Positions 26,371-35,580 of a stretch of DNA of 64,000 nt are shown here, piece by piece; position 1 is the stretch's first letter; each line of letters opens with the position of its first letter. The stretch lies in the IMG/VR virus record IMGVR_UViG_3300042363_001420; one strand, written 5' to 3'. Origin of the DNA: a virus. Its lineage: Duplodnaviria; Caudoviricetes. Under the pieces are notes generated by a model. That model had not been told where the DNA came from. It did no database searches and worked only from the letters and a program-made list of their open reading frames with translations. The position numbers were made by a program, and so were the translations under genes.

Positions 26371-28266
26371 CTACAAATCCAAGGGAATTTGCGTATCTAA
26401 AGCTATTCCTGCGGTGTTGAGTGCTGCAATATTACGCCCTTCGCGTAGGCTGGCAATCACAGCTTGCCCGTATATGTTGCTGGTGTTGGCTATGGCAGTA
26501 AAAAAGGCATCTTGACCATCGGGTCCTACGTCCTGGCCGATTTCGTGCAAGTTTGTGCCGATACTTAATAAAGAAGCAGTGGAGTTTGATATTAGGTCTT
26601 CAAACTCCACACCGGCCATTGCCAAATTGTCAATTTCATAAATCAATTGAGTGGACATGTCTGTAAAACTGGTATTTAAAGAACCGGCTGCTGTGGTATT
26701 GGCTGCAGCAATATTGCTGATGAGATTTTGTGCTGCTGGAATCAAGCCTGTAGTAAACGCATCATCAAGGCTAGTATAAGTTCCATTGCCAGGTAAGGGA
26801 GAAGGAATAACAATTTGTATTTGCTCCGGTGGACCTGGGTCAATTACAGTTGTATAATCTCCGTCTAGTGTCGACAACATCACAGTATACACTCCAGTGT
26901 TGCCAGTTAATGTGGTCAGATTGCCAGCAGTTTGTAGTTGATCAATTATGGCAGTGACTGAATCAAAATCAGCGGAGTATGGTACGCCTGTTGCTGCTCC
27001 CATAAAATCAAATAGGTTTAAGGTACCGTTGGGACCTGTGCCGGTGGCCAACTGATTCAAGAACGAAGTTTGTATCGAGTCTGGCACTGGTTGTGTTAAC
27101 GCATTGATATCTGTTAATCCAACATTGGTTTCGACTGTGGTTACTGCCGCTGCCAGTGCCGGAAGATCAACCGAAAATACGTCCTTGACCTGTTGTAAGC
27201 TCACTGCAATGGCTTGATTAGCCAAGGCTTGGTCGGGTGGTATTATCTTGGTTAGATTAGTATAAATTTCATTGCCAACAAACAGTGACGAAATGTTGGT
27301 GTTGACTGTGTTGCTAGACAGATAGATAGGAACAGCAACAGAGGCAGTAGGTGATGCATCAGTGCCAGTTGGTAAACTCACTGTTAAAGTTAAATAACTG
27401 TTCGGCAAGGTCTTGGCAGGATTTAAAAGATCTGCCATGGTATTTAAGTTAGGAGTAGTTACATCCAACAACAACAGTATCTGACTGAGAGTGTCACCTG
27501 TGATATTTTGCATGCCGCGGTAAATTAGTGCATCCACTGAGGCTGCTAACGTTGTACCAGAACTGCGTAACTCTAATAAATCTTCGTTGTTGACCCCGGC
27601 TAAATTTAACTGTTCAACTATGGCTGGCAACAGGCCGCCCACTTTGATCAACTGATATAATAGAGCACTAGGGTAGCCAAAGTAAGTTAAGTTTGATAGA
27701 TCCCAGGCCAGGCCAAGTTTCAGAAGATCTGCACCAAATGACTGTAAGTTGCTGTTGACTTCGCTGACACCGCCAGTGGTCAAGGAATTCATATCAACAA
27801 ATGTTGAATTTAATATATTAGAATTCACAACAGAATTAATATATTGATTGGTCTGCACAATATAGGACTGGGAGATTCCGTAGATTTGCGCAAATACGCT
27901 GAGATCACCAGAACCCATTTCTAGTTCAGCTTGTGAAACCACTACCCCAGAAAATCCATCAGTATAAGTGTTGCCCAATGGTCCCAAAGTTCCAATGGCC
28001 GCAGCAGGTACTGCATTGGTTACAGCTGGTAACACATTGGCAGATAAATTCTGCAATAATCCAAAAGTGGCTTGAGTAATGTTGGCATTACCGGTTCCTA
28101 TTGTCGGAACAGCGTTGCTTAATACTGTGGTGTAGAGATCAATTACTTCGGTGTTGTTGTAAGCATCCACAGATACAGTTAAATTTCCGTTGACAGCAAG
28201 CCCTTGGTTTTGTATCAAACCATCTGATGCTATCAACATTACAGGACTTAAGATTCCAGGTGTCAT
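26371..28266 (-). CDS. Putative virion (baseplate/tail-associated) protein
   Basis: 631 aa, rich in T/N/A/S/L and very poor in K/R; directly downstream of PAAR. Confidence 0.55.
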   Translation of the reverse strand: MTPGILSPVMLIASDGLIQNQGLAVNGNLTVSVDAYNNTEVIDLYTTVLSNAVPTIGTGNANITQATFGLLQNLSANVLPAVTNAVPAAAIGTLGPLGNTYTDGFSGVVVSQAELEMGSGDLSVFAQIYGISQSYIVQTNQYINSVVNSNILNSTFVDMNSLTTGGVSEVNSNLQSFGADLLKLGLAWDLSNLTYFGYPSALLYQLIKVGGLLPAIVEQLNLAGVNNEDLLELRSSGTTLAASVDALIYRGMQNITGDTLSQILLLLDVTTPNLNTMADLLNPAKTLPNSYLTLTVSLPTGTDASPTASVAVPIYLSSNTVNTNISSLFVGNEIYTNLTKIIPPDQALANQAIAVSLQQVKDVFSVDLPALAAAVTTVETNVGLTDINALTQPVPDSIQTSFLNQLATGTGPNGTLNLFDFMGAATGVPYSADFDSVTAIIDQLQTAGNLTTLTGNTGVYTVMLSTLDGDYTTVIDPGPPEQIQIVIPSPLPGNGTYTSLDDAFTTGLIPAAQNLISNIAAANTTAAGSLNTSFTDMSTQLIYEIDNLAMAGVEFEDLISNSTASLLSIGTNLHEIGQDVGPDGQDAFFTAIANTSNIYGQAVIASLREGRNIAALNTAGIALDTQIPLDL

Positions 28267-28268
28267 TG

Positions 28269-28556
28269 TTATCCAACAAATACGTTGTTGCTGCCGGCAG
28301 CAATACTAGTGCAACCAGACAGTCTGTCACCTACGCAAGCCAATGGACGACCGTTGACTCTGACAGTTCTGCTGGCCTGAATAGTAGCTGTGTGTATGAC
28401 GCATTTCTTACCGCCGGGTTTTTTATGAGCAGTACTGCTGTCGCCATTGCGAGCTGCAGGACGTCCATTAATTCTAACATCTGGACTTCCTTGTGCAATA
28501 GTGTAACCAGTACAGTGTACTATTCCTGCGTCACCTTGTCTTGCGGCTGCTGGCAT
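28269..28556 (-). CDS. PAAR-repeat spike tip protein
   Basis: MPAAARQGD, INGRPAARNGD, VNGRPLACVGD, GSNNVFVG. Confidence 0.93.
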   Translation of the reverse strand: MPAAARQGDAGIVHCTGYTIAQGSPDVRINGRPAARNGDSSTAHKKPGGKKCVIHTATIQASRTVRVNGRPLACVGDRLSGCTSIAAGSNNVFVG

Positions 28557-28676
28557 AATTATCCTCAATATGATTCTAATATTTATCGAGCTGCAAAGTG
28601 TAGATTTTTAACTGTTATAAAATTGTTAAAATTTTTAAATAATTTCAGTCACAATGCAATATATAAATATTTGCCA

Positions 28677-29267
28677 ATGATATCAAACCCAATGACTCTA
28701 GATCAAACATATTTCTTCTGGGGATGCGGCGAAAACACTCAGTTTGGACTATATAGTCCTGTGATGGATAGATTAGTATGTGTCGATTCCGATTATACTG
28801 TATTCGAATATATAGTATTCCTGATGTCTAGCAAGATCAGACTGTTAGTTGTTCCGCTGCATCATGCACCTAATTTTTCAGTTAACCTAATAGACAATAC
28901 CTGCTGCACACGCTGGACTATTACCAACTGGCCCGATCAATCTCTGCATCGAAAATTCAATTTTCCGGAAAAAAAAGAAAATTTTTTCTTTGATACCTGC
29001 GGGGATCTAATACAGAAATCCAATAAAGACTTAGTGGAAATTCAAAATTTTATTTTTTTATCCTACCGGGTTTTGAAATTATTTAAATTTTCTAAAAATT
29101 ATCAATATCGAATTTTTTCTAACTTGGTTAAACTTCCTTTCGACGATTTTGAGAAGATAAAGGAAATTGAATACCAGTGTAATCAAATAATTTATCTGCA
29201 GAATGACTATGTCTCTGCTAGAGAAAAAATTGAACCATTATGTCAAATAGCCGAATCTATATTATGA
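28677..29267 (+). CDS. Hypothetical protein
   Basis: Start reassigned to ATG at 28677 after TATAAATA (28662-28669); coupled to next gene. Confidence 0.6.
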   Translation: MISNPMTLDQTYFFWGCGENTQFGLYSPVMDRLVCVDSDYTVFEYIVFLMSSKIRLLVVPLHHAPNFSVNLIDNTCCTRWTITNWPDQSLHRKFNFPEKKENFFFDTCGDLIQKSNKDLVEIQNFIFLSYRVLKLFKFSKNYQYRIFSNLVKLPFDDFEKIKEIEYQCNQIIYLQNDYVSAREKIEPLCQIAESIL

Positions 29268-30388
29268 AACCTTTAAGAATATCCTTCGACTTTTACCAAT
29301 TATTACCAACTGATACAAAATTAAAATTAGAAACTTTTTTATTAGCTGATAAAAATTTTTGGCCCGGATGTGAATCTTTTTCTAGTCCCAGATACGGAAA
29401 ATCAAAAATTTGGGATTTTTATCACGATCCTGACTATGTGTTGTGTCCAACATTGAGTCAACAGTCTACCAGTAGTTTCAGTGATGTAACTGATTTACGA
29501 GCAGTTGAGATTAAACAAGCAATGAAACAGCAGGATCAAGAAATTGCTGTTTTTTGGTCTGGTGGAATTGATAGCACAGTAGCACTAGCTGCCATGGTTA
29601 AGAATTTTGATTTGGCTGATTTAAAAAACGTTACAGTTATTGCAAACAACCAAAGTTATTTTGAAAATCCAATTTTTTATCACTCTGTAATTGAAAAATA
29701 TCAATTAAAAACTGTGAACTTTAAAAATTTTTCCGATGACAAAATACAAGATTTATTTGATAGATACTATGTTGTAGATGGTGAACCGGCAGACAAGTTA
29801 TGGATAGTCAATATTGCTATCCAGTTTGAATCGGTCTACGGAGCTGGTTCTTTGGTAACGCCGTTGACAAAAATCAGCAACAAGTTTATTGAGTTTTTAG
29901 CTGTCTACATGTCGTCTGATCAAGCCAGTCAATATTACAATTCTCTAATGCAAAATATCAACGAAGCAGGAGTTGAAATTGTTACACTGGGAGATCTGTT
30001 TTGGTGGATCAATTTTAATTTTCACTGGGTAGAGCATTTATTGATCTGGTACAATCAATTTCCAGTCAAAAATTCCCAAGCTTACAAACAATACAAAAAA
30101 AATTATAAGCCTTGGTATAATACCGAACAATATCAACTATGGAGTTTGTCTGACCGACCCAAGTCCATAAAAGCAGACTGCTATGACTTATATAAAATGC
30201 CAGCCAAGCAGTACATCTATGATCTGGTTCAAGATTCATATTATCTGAATTATAAATCAAAACTGGGCTCGCCAAAGAATCTAAAAAAGTCCGCGGACAA
30301 CATGGTTATACTGTCCGACGGATCTAACTTAGATTGTAGTAATCCTGCTCTAGTAGAAGATTTTATCGCCAAAAATTGTTTAGTGTAA
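29264..30388 (+). CDS. Asparagine-synthetase-like adenylating (PP-loop) enzyme lacking a glutaminase domain
   Basis: WSGGIDST PP-loop and DGEPADKLW (compare GEGADELF). Confidence 0.65.
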   Translation: MKPLRISFDFYQLLPTDTKLKLETFLLADKNFWPGCESFSSPRYGKSKIWDFYHDPDYVLCPTLSQQSTSSFSDVTDLRAVEIKQAMKQQDQEIAVFWSGGIDSTVALAAMVKNFDLADLKNVTVIANNQSYFENPIFYHSVIEKYQLKTVNFKNFSDDKIQDLFDRYYVVDGEPADKLWIVNIAIQFESVYGAGSLVTPLTKISNKFIEFLAVYMSSDQASQYYNSLMQNINEAGVEIVTLGDLFWWINFNFHWVEHLLIWYNQFPVKNSQAYKQYKKNYKPWYNTEQYQLWSLSDRPKSIKADCYDLYKMPAKQYIYDLVQDSYYLNYKSKLGSPKNLKKSADNMVILSDGSNLDCSNPALVEDFIAKNCLV

Positions 30389-31036
30389 ATTTTTTAATTC
30401 TTCGAGAAATTTATCTGTCGTTGATGTCTTTACACCAGTTATCTGAAATGTCACACGCGGATGATGCCCGGCATTGGCAGTGCAGTGCGGCACATTTGCC
30501 CAATCAAATGTGGTCACATCTCCGGCTCGCCATTGGTTGTAATGATAGTTTCCGTACTCCCAGAAATGTCCTGGTTGCCAATCAGTCAACTGAATCATAA
30601 TACGCATAATACGACTGGGGTCTTCAGGACACCACTTTTGCAATTTATCTATATGTAAGTTCCACACTTCGCCTGGCATCTGAACATGCAGACGATTCAT
30701 GCAATCGTCTAGTCCAAAAAGATTGCTGATGTCTTGTAAACTGTCAGGAATAGCCCAGTTTAAGTGTGTAATGATCATGTTGGGATCTGCGCCAACACGT
30801 TCAATGTCATGCTGCTCGGCTTCGAGATCTTCAGAAGGAATTTCAATGCCTTCGCCTTTGTATCCTCTGGTGGCCCAAGTTGCTGGCTTCGACTTGCTGA
30901 TAATGTCAGGAAGATCTTGTTTCCAAGTGGGATCAATGTGTCCCAATCTGATAACGCCATCATACTTGGGATCCATAATGGTTGTGTCGAAGTGATACTG
31001 ACTTTGAGATTTTGTGTTGTCCCATGAACTTTTCAT
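30380..31036 (-). CDS. 2OG-Fe(II)/cupin-like oxygenase
   Basis: LHID, PHCTAN, RVTFQITG; paralog of 11498..12040. Confidence 0.65.
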   Translation of the reverse strand: MKSSWDNTKSQSQYHFDTTIMDPKYDGVIRLGHIDPTWKQDLPDIISKSKPATWATRGYKGEGIEIPSEDLEAEQHDIERVGADPNMIITHLNWAIPDSLQDISNLFGLDDCMNRLHVQMPGEVWNLHIDKLQKWCPEDPSRIMRIMIQLTDWQPGHFWEYGNYHYNQWRAGDVTTFDWANVPHCTANAGHHPRVTFQITGVKTSTTDKFLEELKNLH

Positions 31037-31647
31037 ATTATTGTTACCTCTACGTCTGATTTTTTGTAACTTTGATAGTACTCCATTGGTGGCGTTTCAA
31101 TGCCCAGGGTTCTGGCCAGTGTTAAATTGTCACCAATGTAATGGCTGCCATTCCATGCTGCCAAGATGTCTTGATTTTGATCTGCAATAATTCTAGCCAT
31201 ATGCTTAAGATCGATGTAGTATTCGTCGTAGGTAGGGTAAGTAATGTCAAAATGTCCGCACTTGACCCACCATCCCAAACAGGCATCGTTTGGCCGGTGT
31301 ACCAGAATAATTGGACAGTCGGGCCAGGTTTGTTTCAAAAAATCAATGTGGTGTGCAAACACATGACTCTTGACGATACGTACACCTGACCCAGTGAAAG
31401 GACGATCAAACTCTGCTTCACATTCTTCTTTGCTGTAGTCTGACAGTCGATCAAAGAATCCACCAAACTCCATGCCGGGATCAAAGTACGCACCCATGTG
31501 CATCAAGTTTGATTCTCCCCAGGCACTGTGCCAGTATTCGCGTTCTGGACTTGCATCACTGCGATCAATGCTGGTACTAAAGTAAATACTTTTGCTTACA
31601 CTGGACCACTTGGATCCAGGTGCACCTGCCATAAAGATATATTTCAT
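31033..31647 (-). CDS. P-loop/sulfotransferase-fold protein
   Basis: IFMAGAPGSKWSSV, IVKSH, ILVHR pattern. Confidence 0.45.
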   Translation of the reverse strand: MKYIFMAGAPGSKWSSVSKSIYFSTSIDRSDASPEREYWHSAWGESNLMHMGAYFDPGMEFGGFFDRLSDYSKEECEAEFDRPFTGSGVRIVKSHVFAHHIDFLKQTWPDCPIILVHRPNDACLGWWVKCGHFDITYPTYDEYYIDLKHMARIIADQNQDILAAWNGSHYIGDNLTLARTLGIETPPMEYYQSYKKSDVEVTII

Positions 31648-32705
31648 TTGATGATCAACTCAGGTTTGTAAACACTCTTAAACTTGTATGCTGTATCATG
31701 CCAGTATACCAGTGTTTGCAGCTTTTCTGCTGTGATGTTTTTACGCAAACGATCGACAACCTTATTGCCATCGTCGCCTACAATCCAATCATACTTGCCG
31801 GCGTCTGCTTCTAATGCTGCTAGTGCTTCGGGATCTGCCAACATCTTGCGCAACGCAGCACGTAGTTTTTCTGTATTGGGATTGCCTTTGTTTACCCACA
31901 AGGCTTTTTGTAGAACGTCTCGGAAGTTGCGTACCAGAGTGTATGCTTCATATAACTCGCCCTGTGGCTCAACTCCGTGCAGATGTTTAAACACTGTTTC
32001 GAATGTATATCCCGGTGGGAAGTTTGGATCATCCTGTTGTTTTCCAGTAGCAAGATCCATTACACCGTGATGAAACCAAAGTTTGTTACTGGGTAAGTTG
32101 GAATAAAATTTAAACCAGGCAGCAGTTGTTTCTCTAGTGGTGTTTAGTTCGTTGCGTTCAAATGCCAAACGACGCTCACCACCACTGATGCCATTGACCC
32201 AGGTCACACGACGGTTCCAGCATTTGATGTAATCTTCTTTGGTAGGCAAGTTACCACACACCAACATGGCAATGGCTATACCATCGGGCTCAAGACCTGA
32301 ACCACCGGCCAACTTGATGCGATCTTTTAAAACATTCATATCAGCTTTGTGGCCTATGATGATGTTTAAGTTTTGCATGCCAATTGAGTCATAGTGTTTG
32401 TAATCGTAATCGATCTTGTCTACTAGATAACTGACGCCATTGCCGCCATGACTGACCATTATGGTCTTGTTGTCTGTGCGTAGTTTGTTGTGGAATTCGT
32501 TGAAGCCTGGAATGTCCTTGGCGCCAGGAATGTGCTGAATCACAATCTTTTCGCCTAGATGTTTTTCCAAGTGCTTGGCCACAATGCCGGCCCAAACACT
32601 GGTGCCTTGACCAGGCCCCTGAGGTACAATCATCCGATAATCGGCGTAGGCTGATGTTGCTGCCAACATCACAGCGGCTAATACAAACTTTACTATTTTT
32701 AGCAT
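31644..32705 (-). CDS. tctC: Tripartite tricarboxylate transporter substrate-binding protein (TctC/Bug)
   Basis: Signal peptide (AYA), IVPQGPGQGT, LEKHLGEKIVIQHIPGA; adjacent to tctA. Confidence 0.75.
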   Translation of the reverse strand: MLKIVKFVLAAVMLAATSAYADYRMIVPQGPGQGTSVWAGIVAKHLEKHLGEKIVIQHIPGAKDIPGFNEFHNKLRTDNKTIMVSHGGNGVSYLVDKIDYDYKHYDSIGMQNLNIIIGHKADMNVLKDRIKLAGGSGLEPDGIAIAMLVCGNLPTKEDYIKCWNRRVTWVNGISGGERRLAFERNELNTTRETTAAWFKFYSNLPSNKLWFHHGVMDLATGKQQDDPNFPPGYTFETVFKHLHGVEPQGELYEAYTLVRNFRDVLQKALWVNKGNPNTEKLRAALRKMLADPEALAALEADAGKYDWIVGDDGNKVVDRLRKNITAEKLQTLVYWHDTAYKFKSVYKPELIIK

Positions 32706-32715
32706 AATAATCTCC

Positions 32716-34155
32716 TTAGTGATATGCTAACCCGCGATTGGGTTTAAAAATACTGTATAGCAATACACCGATTGCTATCACGATCAATGTTACAAAAATT
32801 GGCCGTGTTGCTAATTCTCCAACTGTATACAAGGCTTGAGTTTGTTGAATATAGTTTTCTAATTTTTCTACCAGAATAAATGCAACCATCACAGCCGGAC
32901 GACTAATCTTAGTGGCTTTGCACACAAGTCCTAATATACCGCACAACACCAAAATATACAAATCGTTGACAGTGCCGGTGTATTCTAAACAACTCCAAAC
33001 AATCACTGCCAAAATAATTGTTGCATATATCCAGTATGGTATTTCCAGCAATCTAACAACAATCCTTGTTGTAAATATAGCAATAAAGAAAGCCAGTATG
33101 GTACTGGCAATAAAAGCACCGCCGAGACTCCAAAAGAAAGTGTTGTCCTTTAACACCTGTGGCGTGCCCAATTCCATGCCAAAGTACATGCAGATGGCCA
33201 TCATGACAGCAGCAAAAGGTGCGCCCGGAATGCCAAACAGCACAGTGGGCACAAGACTGCTGGCCTTTTGTGCATTGTTGGCTCCTTCGCAGCCCAGTAC
33301 ACCCTTGATATTACCGTTGCCGAACACTTCCTTGGGATACTTGGCAACAGTGGCACCATAGGCCATGATATCACCTATTGTGCCGCCGATGCCGGGCATG
33401 AGTCCAGTGACAAAACCAATAAATCCTCCACGCAGGACTTCACGCCAGTGCGTCACACAATCCTTGAATCCACGAAACAATTGAGACCAATAATCTGTTA
33501 TCACAGCAGGTCTTGTGGAAGTTTTTCTGAATCCTGCTACTACTTCGGGAATACCAAACAAGCCTGCTATCAAAGGAATCAGTTGTACTCCTGCACCTAG
33601 GTATTCCCAACCAAAAGTATAACGTTCAACTCCAGTACCGGGATTTTGTCCTATCATGCCAATAAAACAGCCCAAGGCAATGGCAACAAAACTCAGTACG
33701 ATGTTTTTACTAGTGATGAATCCAACACAAGCAAGGGCCACTAACATGAAGGCCATGAATTCTGGAATACCAAATACCAAAATTAATTTGGCATAAAAAG
33801 GCATCAATGCAAATGCAATCAGTCCCCATATTACACCATTTACAGTTGAATCCATAATGGCTATGCCAATGGCTCTGGCTGCTTGGCCTTGTTGTGCCAT
33901 TTTATAACCGTCGATCACACTGGCAGCAGTGGTATTGCTACCTGGTATGCCAGTTAAAATACTGGTATAACTGTCACCGGTGCTGGATGCAGCAATTAAA
34001 CTGGTTAGAAATACAATGCCCAAATAGGGATCTGCTAAAAAATAATGGCTGAGTCCGAATACAGTTAATAACCCTGTGGTAGCTCCAGCCATTGGCATAA
34101 TGCCAATGATCATTCCGTATACTGTGCCAATTAAGCACCAAATTATATAATCCAT
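32716..34155 (-). CDS. tctA: Tripartite tricarboxylate transporter large permease
   Basis: G.IIGIMP.AG, SILTGIPG, DGYKMAQQG.A, GLMPGIGG, EGANNA, PTVLFGIPG. Confidence 0.92.
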   Translation of the reverse strand: MDYIIWCLIGTVYGMIIGIMPMAGATTGLLTVFGLSHYFLADPYLGIVFLTSLIAASSTGDSYTSILTGIPGSNTTAASVIDGYKMAQQGQAARAIGIAIMDSTVNGVIWGLIAFALMPFYAKLILVFGIPEFMAFMLVALACVGFITSKNIVLSFVAIALGCFIGMIGQNPGTGVERYTFGWEYLGAGVQLIPLIAGLFGIPEVVAGFRKTSTRPAVITDYWSQLFRGFKDCVTHWREVLRGGFIGFVTGLMPGIGGTIGDIMAYGATVAKYPKEVFGNGNIKGVLGCEGANNAQKASSLVPTVLFGIPGAPFAAVMMAICMYFGMELGTPQVLKDNTFFWSLGGAFIASTILAFFIAIFTTRIVVRLLEIPYWIYATIILAVIVWSCLEYTGTVNDLYILVLCGILGLVCKATKISRPAVMVAFILVEKLENYIQQTQALYTVGELATRPIFVTLIVIAIGVLLYSIFKPNRGLAYH

Positions 34156-34273
34156 TAGATTTCTTAGGTTAAGAGAAAAAATATATCGGAAGAGCAATTT
34201 TGATATAATTAATATGTATATACCAAAAATTTGTTTGGTTGATAAATTTATTTACCTAAAGTGGAAATTTTTA

Positions 34274-35026
34274 ATGAATAGCAAAATTTTTAATCATATT
34301 GTAAAAAAATTGCACGAGACTTGGCATTTACCCAAGCATGCAGAGATACGCGACTCTGTCTCTGCTGAAACTGTGCTAGATGCTTTGCCATGGACTCCTG
34401 TAAAAAAGCAAAAATTTAAATTAGATCTCGAAGGCACTTTTGGGGTTTCAATTGATGTTGCAGGCACTGTTGAGGAACTGGTAAATCGAACTGACGATCG
34501 ATACCTTGCTTGGTTTTTTGGTGAGGCTTGGAAGCCTAGAACCGACATGTATCACTGGACAGGTTGGAGAATTGTTGAAGAAATTAATAAAACCAATCCC
34601 AACAAGGTTCTAGATGTTGGGTGTGGTTACAATCCGTTTAAAGAAAGAATTCCTAACCTAATAGGAATCGATCCTTATAATAACTGTGCAGATTTTATGG
34701 TCGATATCTTAGATTATAGTGTAGAGCCAGAAAGCTTCGATCATGTTATTGCTCTTGGTAGTATTAATTTTAACAGCCGCAATGACATTGAAGTTCGGTT
34801 TAAAAAAACTATAGATCTGTTGAAACCTGGTGGTAAATTATGGATGAGAGCAAACCCCGGGCTGGATCACGACGGAGTTAAAACGCCTAACAAAGGACCA
34901 TGGGTTGAAATATTCCCATGGTCCTTTGATGTAGCATATGATCTAGCTAAGAAATACAATCTTACGTTAGAAACATTGAAGCAAGACCAAGATCGATTGT
35001 TTTTCTTGTTTAAGAAAAACCCTTAA
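34274..35026 (+). CDS. Class I SAM methyltransferase with N-terminal acyl-carrier-like domain
   Basis: VLDVGCG, GIDP, FDHVIALGS, LLKPGG; N-terminal LEGTFGVSI...TVEELV. Confidence 0.7.
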   Translation: MNSKIFNHIVKKLHETWHLPKHAEIRDSVSAETVLDALPWTPVKKQKFKLDLEGTFGVSIDVAGTVEELVNRTDDRYLAWFFGEAWKPRTDMYHWTGWRIVEEINKTNPNKVLDVGCGYNPFKERIPNLIGIDPYNNCADFMVDILDYSVEPESFDHVIALGSINFNSRNDIEVRFKKTIDLLKPGGKLWMRANPGLDHDGVKTPNKGPWVEIFPWSFDVAYDLAKKYNLTLETLKQDQDRLFFLFKKNP

Positions 35027-35325
35027 CCTACTAGGATTTTCTTTTCCGGCGGTACCATTACGCCGGTTGTCACTTCAATATATTTGGTTTTGATATCTTC
35101 CTTGGCGTCAGCAATGATGGCTACTGCTGCGCCATAAAGGACGATTTCTTTGTCTAAATTACCGCTGAACATGCTGGGCATCATTTGTAAGCCTTGCTGT
35201 GTAGGTGCCATGCTGATAGGCTGTCGAAGAATAAACATACCGTCAGTTACTTCGACAATCTTAGCAATCAGTTCTTCGCCGCTGACTAATTTAAATACCA
35301 AAACTTCGTCTTTTTCAATTTTCAT
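35023..35325 (-). CDS. Small phage protein (possible Sm-like fold)
   Basis: FKLVSGEELIAK pattern. Confidence 0.6.
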   Translation of the reverse strand: MKIEKDEVLVFKLVSGEELIAKIVEVTDGMFILRQPISMAPTQQGLQMMPSMFSGNLDKEIVLYGAAVAIIADAKEDIKTKYIEVTTGVMVPPEKKILVG

Positions 35326-35326
35326 C

Positions 35327-35572
35327 TTAATCCTTTTTGATTGTGTTCCAAAACTCTTCGGGTTTGCCGGCCAAGCCTTGATATCCGCCAGGCAACAGTG
35401 TTGATCCATTGAAAATCTGCGGTACACTACGCAATCCTTGAGCAATCAAGAATTCTCGAGCTTCTGGCTGATCTTCGATATTAACAACATTATACGCTAC
35501 TTCGCGAGATTCTAAAAGCATTTTGGCTCGATCGCAAAAAGGGCAATTGTTTTTTGAATATACTGTTAACAT
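35327..35572 (-). CDS. Glutaredoxin
   Basis: CPFC, RSVPQIF, GGY. Confidence 0.93.
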   Translation of the reverse strand: MLTVYSKNNCPFCDRAKMLLESREVAYNVVNIEDQPEAREFLIAQGLRSVPQIFNGSTLLPGGYQGLAGKPEEFWNTIKKD

Positions 35573-35580
35573 TTTTTCTC

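Noticed and set aside
22990-26375. Repeats as a possible CRISPR array
   Set aside because: Repeats are degenerate, irregularly spaced, match -35/-10 promoter architecture and flank ORFs; no cas genes
28227-28676. N-terminal 150 aa of the 346-aa plus-strand ORF
   Set aside because: Antisense shadow of the PAAR gene; a late motif and ATG at 28677 give a better start
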